A program made the position numbers and the translations under genes. Below, in pieces: positions 54,065 through 64,000 of a DNA stretch of 64,000 bases. How positions within the stretch are numbered: position 1 is the first letter of the stretch; each line of letters begins with the position of its first letter. Under the pieces are notes generated by a model. The model had not been told where the DNA came from and did no database searches. It saw nothing but the letters and a program-made list of their open reading frames with translations. The stretch is from Cycas panzhihuaensis (lineage: Eukaryota > Plantae > Cycadophyta), in NCBI GenBank assembly GCA_023213395.1, contig CM041465.1:144839741-144903740 (forward strand), in the 5' to 3' direction.

Positions 54065-57000
54065 TGAAGGAATGATGGATCTAGGGAATAAATCACTCAC
54101 ATGCACACAATGGCAATGGAGAATGAAAAAAAGATGAAATAAGATATGAGAGTAAGCTTGGATGTGAGAATGAATAATTACTCCCTCCTTAAGATTTCGT
54201 CATTTATTATTGAGGGTGAGCATTAAGGTTAGGATTTTCCTACCTAATGATATGAACCCGAAATTACATCTAAATTTACATAAACTGCATTTCATTAAGA
54301 GACTAATGCTAATAATATATCCTAAGGTCACATAATTAATCTACACAAATGACCTTAATACATTAACCTCTTTCAATCCTCCCTTTAATAGGGAAATGTC
54401 ATTTTTGAGAAAATCGATTCTATGAGGTCTTTATTTAAGCCTTATTATTACATTGAAATTCTAAATGACACTTTTGTGGGAAAACCCTCATGGAGAATAA
54501 AAACCCATGGACTTTCTAAGATCTATAGTCCCTTTTATAAATCAAAATAGCTAAGGTGGATCTTTGATATAGCCTGATAGCTAAGTAGCTTTAATGTGCA
54601 GCTTAATCTACTAAGTCTCCATATACCGTTTGGTTATCCCCTATGCCCTTTTGGGTTTTCACAGATTCTAATTTTCTAAAACTAGTATAACCCTTATCCT
54701 TCTGTACCTACATGCGATTTTCACAAATAGGATAGAGTAGAGACTTACTCTTATTCTTCCATGCCCACAAGAGGTTTTCGCGAAGAGAATAGAGTATGAT
54801 GATCATGTTGCTATCTTCATTGATCAATCAAAGATGGAGGCCCTAAGGCCAAGCTGTCTTCAGAACTGTTCAAACTTCACATTTTGTAGTAGTTTGGTGA
54901 AGATATCAACCACTTGATTTATTGTGGGGTAGTATTCCAGTTAAATTGTACCGTCATGAATAAGTTCTCTAATCCTGTGGACTTTCATACTTATGTGTTT
55001 GGTATGATCGTAAAATATAAGATTTTTTGCCATTCAGATTGTTGATTAATTATCCACATGAAGACCGATAGGACTTGTTTAGGTGATATTCAATGTTTCC
55101 AATAATTTTCTAAGTCATATTAGCTCCTTGTTGGTCTAAGAAGTAGCAATGTATTCAGCTTCGACAGTTGAATATACAACTATCTTTTACTACCTGGATC
55201 TCCATGATATTGGTGCTATTCCAAGAAATGTTACATACCCAGACATAGATCTTCCTGTATCTTTATCTCCTACAAAGTCAGAGTTTGTGTATGTAGAAAG
55301 CTTGAAGTCTGAATTAGGTTCATACAACAGACCATATTTGCTGGTCATCTTAAGGTATCTCAACACTCGCACTATTGCCTGCTAATGATTCTGCTTAGGA
55401 TTTGTCATGTAACGAGCAAGAATACTGACAAAGTGTGCAATATCTGGCCTTACATTGGTAGTGTAGATGAGACTACCTACAAGTTTCTTGTAGAGTATTA
55501 CGTCTGCCTCCCTAGTGTCACCTTCAACTAAGAGTTTGGTATTAAGGTCCATAAGTAACATAACTGGTCGAGCATCTTCTAACTGAAACTTAGTTAGAAG
55601 ATCGTTGATGTATTTTTCTTGGCAGAGGAAGATTTTTCCATTATTTTATGTTACTTCAATTCTTAAGTAATATTTCATCAAATCAAGGCTAGACAATTAG
55701 AACGTTTTGCCAAGGTCCTTTTTCAACTAGCTTATTGCTTGTTCACTATTACCCATTACCCATTACCAGCATATCATCCACAAAGATTATGAGATAAGTG
55801 ACTTTATCCTTATGGCATTTGATGAATAATGTTGCATCAATATCTTGGTAGTCACAAATCTCGTATCCAAGTTGCCTCATTCTTTCAGATAATTTGGCAA
55901 ACCAAGCACGAGGGGCTTGTTTAAGGTCATACAAGGACTTTCTGAGCTTGCAAATCTTATGCTCTTGACCTTCAATCTTATATCCTTTTGGCTAAGCCAT
56001 ATAAATTTCTTTTTCAAAATCTCCATTGAGAAACACGGTTTTAATATCAAGTTGGTGGATTTTCTAACCCTGTTGAGCAGCCAAGGCTACAAGAGTTCTA
56101 ATTGTAGGCTGTAAAGACTTTAGTGTAGTCGATGCCTTTCCTTTATGTAAATACTTTAGCTACCAACATCGCCTTGTGTTTTTCAAGGGTACCATTTGAT
56201 CTATATTTATTTTTGAACACTCATTTATTTTGAACTACCTTTCTTCTAAGTGGTAGATCAACGAGCTCCTATGTACCATTCTTGATAAGAGATTGGTACT
56301 CTTCGTTCATGGCATTTCTCTAAACTGTATGTTTTACAGCTTCTTGGTACGTTAGGGGCTCTTCATTAAGAGTAAGATGCAGTTCTGTTGATTCAAGCTC
56401 AGCATATAATAATTCCTATATCCTTACTCTATGGGTACTTCGAGTGCTAATTTTTCCCACCTCATCTAGTCGTATGTCCTTATTGAGTTGGCAGGCTTCT
56501 CAAGATCCTCGACTTGGGAATGAAGTCCTCATTTCCTCAACTTCTTAGTTCTTATCTTGTTCATTGAAATGATTATTTTGTAAGGAGGATGTTGATGCAC
56601 CTGAGGAAGATAATCCTTCTACCACTATTTTGCCTTTGTCGACTGAAGGTGGAGAGGATGGTTCTTTTATAATGACTTTGCCTTAGTTAACTTTGCTATC
56701 TTTAAATGATGGTGTTATATGTACACTCATCAGTTTAGAGTCACAATTTGTATCCTCCAAGGCTCTATTATCAACTTCCAATATTTGGAGTAATTTATGT
56801 CTATCCCTCCCCCCCAAATTTTAGAATCTAAACATCATACTTGATAACACGATTATAGCAACGTGACGGTACTTTGGAGTCTAGTTTAAGTAATTGATCC
56901 TCTGTCTCCACAAAAATAACATCTCTAGTAATGATGCTTTTTTATTATGAAGGTATGAAGACCTTATACCTTTTCTTATCTATAGGGTATTTAACAAAGA

Positions 57001-60000
57001 TGCCTTTAAGTGCTCTTGGCTGGAGTTTATTTTGATCTGCATCCAGAATGTGGGCATAGCATGTAGAGCCAAAAAATTTGAAGTAGTGAATAATAGGGGC
57101 TTGTCTTGACCACTTTTTATTAGGTGATTGTACTTCCTTTGATGGGTTAACAACATTGATATAATAAATAGTTGTCCAGATAGCTTTGGCCCATAGGTAG
57201 GTAGGTACATTTTTGTATATCAACATAGCCCGAGCCATGTTCATGATTATCCTGTTCATGCACTTGACAACTCCATTTTGTTGTGGGATACTTGCTATTG
57301 TTGTTTGATGCTTGATGCCATTATTTTGAAGGTAGCTTTCAAACTCATTTGAGGTATATTCGCTACCATTATCAGTTCGAAGACATTTGAGTTGATAACC
57401 TGACTCTTTTTCAGTGAGAACTTTGAATTCTTTGAATACACGTAAGGTTTCATCTTTCTTGTGTAAAAAAGCTACCTATACTTTTCTAGCAAAATCATCA
57501 ATAAAAGAGATGTAATATAACTTGCCCTTCAATGAAGGAATGGGCATTGGCCTGCACAAATCAGAGTGTACTAATTGTAATGGATGGCTTGATTTCCTTT
57601 GACTTTTGGGAAAGGGTTGTCGATGAGATTTGGTAATGATGTAAGCTTCATATTTAAAGGGCTTAGAGGAGAACTTTGGAAGATTTGGAAGAGTATTAGA
57701 AAGATCTCTAAGTCTATCAATATGAACATGGCCCATGCAGGCATGCTAAAGAGCTTTTAGTGACAATGTTGGGTGGTCAAGATGGAATTAAATGTAAATT
57801 TATCATCAGCATAAGGGCTTTGGGCACAATGGGCTTCAAAATATGGAGAGTCATTTAGTCGAAAGAGTTTACCAGAGAGATGTCCAGTCAAAACTACCTA
57901 ATTAGTTGGAGGGCGAATGACTTGGAGAGTCTGGTCATTTACGGTTACACTCAGATAAAATCCATGAGAGACAAGTGTAGATAAGGAGAGTAGGTTTTGT
58001 TTGAGATTGGGTATGTACAAGACATCAAGCAATGTAAAATCTTCTAGGCCTAGGAGTTTCAAGCGAATGTTAACAATTCCTTCAACATATTGTTGTGATT
58101 TATCATCCATGTGAACAACTACTTAAACATTTAAGTCAAATGTCTGATATAGATTGTGATTGTACGTTATATGTTGAGTTGCTCCTATGTCCATGATCCA
58201 TTGTCCATCGATTGAATCCACACTATTGGCAATTCTAATAGGGCTTGGAATTAGTGAAAGGAATTCACAAGTGATATACATTGAGCTTCAAAGTATCTCT
58301 TTGGTTGATCAATGGCATTTGATGCTGAAGATCCCTCAATTCTTTGAATGTGTGCTTGTACAAAACCTGCACCACTAGAGGATTTTTTATAAGTTTCTTC
58401 AATATTATGAGCTCCATGTTTTGGTTGGAACTTGGCTAACTTATAAGTGGCAGTTCTGTACTCTTTTGTTAAGTGTCCTTTATAGTTACACCGATCATAC
58501 ATAATAGTTTGATTACCAGTCCCTGAAGAGGTATTAGTTTGACGTGACTGTCTTTCTCTTTGTTGAGGTGGCCCTTGGCCTTGAGACTGTCGAGGTTATA
58601 ACTGAGGGTTTGATTAACCTTGTGGATGATTTTCCATGTTTTTTCCTCTTTCTCTTGCTAGGTTATTTCCTCTACCACGAGACGGACCTTGATTTCTTGT
58701 GTAATAAACTTCTTCTTCTACCTCAAAGGCTACATCTGGAAGAGAGTCAGAGGCTACACAATTCATATCAAAGGTCTTGTCAAATTCTATGAACTTATCA
58801 GTAAGTACTTCAAAGTTGAGTGTCTTCAATGTTCCACTAGATTGAAGATAACACTGAAGACTTCCAAGCAAGTTTTATAATCAGGAACATGTAGACATTA
58901 CTAGATCAAAAATATCCAAGTGATACATTGGGTCTTAAAATCTTTACCAATTGCCTGTTTGATTAGTCGAAGGAGATTTATTGTCTCATGAGCTTGTCCC
59001 TTTTGCATTTTTAATTTGTTCATTTTCAGAACAAGATAAATAAATTCCAAATCTGATTTGGTATCAAAGTTCTTCTTGAGAACTTCAAGGACCTTCTGGG
59101 CTATATCATGTTGCTCTTCATTAATCAAGTGGTACAAGGAGTGATCAGTGACCAACAAAATTCCTGCATGAATATTTTTATCATCTATATCTCATTGTAG
59201 TTTGGTTGTAGCATCTATAGGAGCTGTTGGGGCAGATCCACCAAAAGAAGGTGTTGTAGCTGGAGCTGGTATACTGGGTGTAGGCTGCAAATTGACTCTC
59301 CAATGGCCTTCATACTTTGTAACATTTTTAACTCTAGTATACCACAGATCCTAATTTTTTTTGCCTTTCAATATGCAGTTAACATTCTTCTTGAATTGAG
59401 ATGACATGGTGATGATGAAGAAGTAGAAGAGATGATAGAAGTATGTGCCACTGACACGTGTGGCTAGTAGACCTGGTGCAGTAGGGATATAGAAATGAAT
59501 GCTTATGATGAGAAGCAAGCAATGATTAAGTATTTTTTAACAACTATGAAAAATAAGTATAAGCAATAATACAAGAATGAGGCCTAATGTAGAGCTGGCA
59601 AAGAGTGGTGATGTGTCATGCCACTAACTTCTCACTTATGTCCATATGTAGGTGAGGATTCGATACCTAAGGCTTCTAGTATACAATGAGGGCCTTCACC
59701 CCTGATACCCGCACCTGCGCTTGGTGATGAAATCTAAGTCACAGTGGAGCCCAAGTACTCCCAGTCCTCACCCAATTCACTAGTGAGCAGTTATATACCT
59801 CATTCGAAGAGTCAAACAGTAATGCATATCCCACGACTATGATGGATATTAGATCGGATTCGTTTTAATCTTATATTAAGGTTTTTAGTTTTTCCAGTTG
59901 GTTATCGGGATTATCCCTTATTAGAGGCCGTAGGTATGGCTAACCTGTCCCTCTACCACTATTCGAGTTAAGACTAGACCAAGTATGAAACTCACACCTC

Positions 60001-61660
60001 TCTTAGGGCCTGGACTTTAGCCAACCTTGGTCTATTTCAACCAAGGTGAGTGCGTGCACAAATCAAGAACTAGCAGTATAAAGCGTATGGATGAGATTCT
60101 TTTTAGGAATAGTGTAAGATGTTTTCGAATAACTGAAAACTAAAAATGGAAAGTTATCAAATATGTTTGCTTACTTTTCATGTTTACTTTATTGTTGTTG
60201 TTACTTTATGTGATGCTTTATGTTATGTGTGCAAATAGAAAAGCATGCTAGATTTAGCAGGAGAACCAGATGTTGTTTCTGATCTAAAATTTCCCTTGCT
60301 TTAATACAATATTTATAAATATGTTTTTAGAAAGTTTGATATAAAAGCCATAATGTGTTAAAAAGCAGATCAACTTATCACTAAAATACAGATTTTTCTA
60401 AATCTATATGTATGCTATTTTGCCATATTTTATGATTTTTTCACAAAATTTATAAATAATGATAAATGGGCATAATTTTTAAAAATTACAAATATGAAGG
60501 CCTAAATGATGAAATATGAATTTATAACAGAAGGAAAAAGTGTTCAGAATATTATTTTTGATAGAGTTGTGAAGTCAGATTTCTGAAAAGACATAAAAAA
60601 TTTTCTACCTGAAAAAGCACAAAAGCAAAATCCTACTAGATCCATTGTTTCATAATATGAACTTCAATATGTCAAAAGTTATGTTTTGACATGTACATTA
60701 ACTTTTCCTTCTGCACCATCTCTAAAATCTACTAAAAAGCTACCCAAAATACCCTTACAATGTCCTTTATAGGGTTAAGTACGCAAAATCAGCAACCATG
60801 AGAAAACTGCATAGATCTCATTAACCGGTGGATAAAATTGATCTTAAACCGATCCTAAGACATAAATATATCAGATCTTTTAATAAAAATTTTAGATTAT
60901 TAGCTTGTAATTAAAGGATTTTATTGGGAAAAGTGCCTTAAATCACTTATCCAAAAATTTTACCCTTTTATCTCAACCAAAACTTGCTGTTGTAGGCTGA
61001 ATATGAAGTTTCTCTAAGCAAAAAAAATGATCCTTTAGTCAAGGCAACCTTGCATGCCAAATTTTATCAAATTTTGAAATGGTCAATTTTTTTGTGAAAT
61101 TATAGGCCTTTAATGCTTCTAGAACTATTCTGGCAGTTGAATGGCTCCAAAAACCCGTATTCTTCACCTCTGAATTTCTGCACACATATTAAAAGTAGCA
61201 ACATATAAAGCACTATAATTTTAAGCTCTCAAAATATTAAAAATGATGAATGTACTCTCAATACTTCACATTGAAGGTGAATGAGAGGCAAAATGACTTC
61301 ATGCAAGTGGAATGGAGTAAATAGATCCCCTTCTAGCTTTGATACCATATGAAGGAAGGAAGTATCTAGAGAATAAATTATTCATATGTGCACAATAGAA
61401 ATGGAGAATGAAAAAGAAATGAAACAAGATATGAGAACAAGCTGGGAGGTGAAAATGAATAATTACTCCCTCCTTGAGATTTCACTTTTTATTATTGAGG
61501 GTAAGCATTAGGATTAGGATTTTCTCGCCTAATGACATGAACCTGAAATTACATCTAAATGCACATAAAGTGCATTTCATTAAGAGACTAATGTTAATAA
61601 TATATCCTAAGGTCATATAATTAATCTACACAAATGACCTTGATACATTAACCTCTTTCA
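54065..61660 (-). mobile_element. Element J: full-length Ty1/copia with a 1.9-kb 5' leader
   Basis: 311-bp LTRs 54065-54375 and 61350-61660; perfect TSD ACAAT; PBS TGGTATCAAAGC 61336-61347; PPT AAAGGGAGGAT 54376-54386. Confidence 0.95.
54823..59407 (-). pseudogene. Copia gag-pol of J
   Basis: LQLVHSDLC..ISFIDDFAR and MNRIIMNMARAML (integrase), LKQAPRAWF..IIFVDDML (RT), YTNSDFVGD..RSMSGY (RNase H). Confidence 0.92.
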
Positions 61661-63605
61661 ACAATGATATTACATTTGTTGGCCTAATTAATATTACATT
61701 AATACATCACATATATTCACATAATAATTAACCACACTAATATTAGTTGGGTTAAGTGGATAACATGCAAATTTAACCTCTCCCATTTTAAATGTGGGGT
61801 ATTAAAGTCTTCCCAAGAATTAGACTAACCTCTCTTTATCTTTATTAATAGATCCCTCCTTAAGGATAACTTTACGAAGTCCCAAATTTGCATGAATCTT
61901 GATGAAGTGGTCTTTAGTAAGAGCTTTGGTGAATATATTTGTAAGTTATTCTTCACTTGGATAAAACTCAACTTACAACTTCTATGATCTAGTCTAGTCA
62001 CACATGTAATAGTGATGTGCTTCGTACATACATGAAATTTTGGATAACACTTTGATTATCAATGTGTATAACAGGTGGACTAAAAGATATTCTAAGAGTC
62101 TTTAGAAGTCCCTACAACCATACAACTTCCTTTGGACTGATACTTAGACCTTGGTATTTAGCCTTCTATATAAGGCAATGTAACAGTGAATTGCTTTTTA
62201 GATTGGCATAATATAAATCTATTATCGATACCAAAAATATATCTTGTAATTAATTTCCAATCTTCTGCATATCTATCCTAAACAACATTAGTATACCCAT
62301 GCAAGTTTGCCTCTCTACTATGAAGGTATTCAAGGCCAAGATTAATTGTGCCCTTAATGTACTTTAGAATCCTCCTTGTTGCAACCTAATGAAGTTCTTG
62401 GGGATTATGCATGTAACGAGATACCAATCTAATCACATAAGTAATATCAAGTTTAGTATGAGTTAAGTAAATTAAACCCACTACTAATCATTGATATAAA
62501 GTCCCATATACAACTGGCTTGTTCATATCTTTTAGAAGTTTTATGCCCTTTACATATGTTGTCTTCATTCATTTGTAGTTCTTCATACTAAATATGTCAA
62601 GTAGGTTTTTAGCATACCTCGATTGCGAAATTATGATACAATCATCCATAGTAACTCTCATGTATATAATTTTTTTTTTTTTTAAAAAAATCTTGAGCCC
62701 TAACTTAGATTTGATAATAGTCAAATTTAAGATCTAATTTTGTGAAAAAATGGGCATCATATAGTTTGTCCAAGAGATATTCTATTTGAGGAATCAAAAA
62801 TTAATTTTTTATAATAGCCTTGTTGAAAGGCCTATAATCAACATACATTCTATAAGATGTGTCTTTTTTTGGAACTAGAATGACTAGTATTGTAAAAGGC
62901 ATTTTACTAGTTATTATTTTTCCCTAGTCTAATAGTTGCCAAATTAGCTTTTCTATGACAGTTTTATGATGATCTATATGTTGGTACAGTCAAATATTAA
63001 TTAAAGTTATACCAGGTTAAAGCTCAATGGTGTGCTCCAATCCTATATTGGGTAGCAACTCCTTTGGTAATTCTTCAAATGCTTTATTATATTCCATATT
63101 AGTGTACTTATCTTTGGATGAATATCTTATTTTTTGGTCATTGATATAAAAAAATAATTGATTGTATACCCTAGAGCTCTCCTTTTCTCCATGTGATGTA
63201 AAGAGACCTCTTGATTTATGGGTGTGGGGGGAGCTTATAATACATACTTCCATTTTTGCCAAAACTTTACAAATAATTTTTTATAGTTCATGATGATTGA
63301 TCCTAAGGTCTATAACCATTAAACCTCTAAAACTACATTAACACCACTCATTAACATGACAAACATTGTAGATTGTAACATATAATCATGCATTATCAAA
63401 GGGACCTTTTAACAAACTTCCTCACATGGTATTATCTTCCCACTCATTATAGCTATATGGAATTGCTTCACTAGGTGACTTATAGTCTTGCTTACTCAAT
63501 TATTCTTTCGTCGATGAAGTTATTCATGTTTTCTCCATTAATTAAGATAATTATCTTTGTGTTCTTTATTATCCCTATTAAATGTGATTTTTATGGTAAC
63601 ATTAG

Positions 63606-63850
63606 TGTGAGAACACTCAATGAAGTTGAGAAGACAATGTTTCAATACATTAATGAGGAGAGAGAAACTCTCATATAAATACATCATGTGTACATAAAGA
63701 GGCCAGTGCATGTTAGACAAGTGTCAATAATACATTAAAGAGGGGTTGGACACATAACCCTCGACTTTACTATATAAAACTTTAGAATATAAAAATAGAA
63801 TATTATTTCTGTAATATCCTCTCTTAATATTTTATCTTTTATTTTCAACA
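63606..63850. mobile_element. Probable 245-bp solo LTR inside H's gag-protease junction
   Basis: TGTGAG..CAACA ends; flanks appear to rejoin as H coding sequence; TSD is poor (ATTAG/CCAAG). Confidence 0.45.
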
Positions 63851-64000
63851 CCAAGAAGATCTCTAAGATATTGGAATTTATTTTTTGAAGTACTTTTGTA
63901 AGAATATCAACAAGTTATTTTTCACTACTATAGTATAACAGATTTACCTCTTTACTTTGTACTTTCTCTCTGATGAAATGATCAAGAACTTCAATGTGTT

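Larger units (their letters stand above)
53868..62660 (-). mobile_element. Element I: truncated Ty1/copia (3' LTR, RNase H and partial RT); LTR split by J
   Basis: LTR 53868-54064 plus 61666-61850; PPT TTAAGGAGGGATC 61851-61863; NIFTKALTKDHF and ISQSRYAKNLL in 61864-62660. Confidence 0.75.
51808..64000 (-). mobile_element. Element H: decayed gypsy chromovirus inserted in G's 3' LTR, interrupted by I/J, partly deleted, running off the window
   Basis: 3' LTR about 51808-52110; PPT about 52112-52135; chromodomain/integrase/RNase H 52140-53867 (KEYFIK*KG, KLQPKFY..IGEVAY); RT N-terminus and protease 62690-63600 (RMYVDY, FTKLDLK, ILINGENMNNFIDE). Confidence 0.8.

Overview
AT-rich plant heterochromatin, probably gymnosperm (inference), with no recognisable host gene. 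The window is a stack of nested, mostly C>T/G>A-decayed transposons, which I delimited by hand from LTR pairs, tRNA-iMet PBS, PPT and 5-bp TSDs. Left block: an old Athila/Tat-type integrase tail and a 1.95-kb TA/TG/CA microsatellite, then element E (4208-33532). E hosts chromovirus B (7091-28456), which hosts young Reina-like gypsy A, solo LTR L (itself hosting copia C) and Gag-only element D. Element K sits in E's 3' LTR. Right block: a LINE remnant, copia F, and the chain G < H < I < J. The two most notable observations: (1) E and K are homologous Copia-type LTR elements whose interior reads as a decayed hAT DNA-transposase (BED/DUF659/dimerisation-like motifs) in place of gag-protease-integrase; (2) two divergent copia elements (F, J) share a collinear, hairpin-forming ~300-nt block in unusually long 5' leaders. 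All protein calls come from manual translation of decayed DNA and need HMM confirmation.
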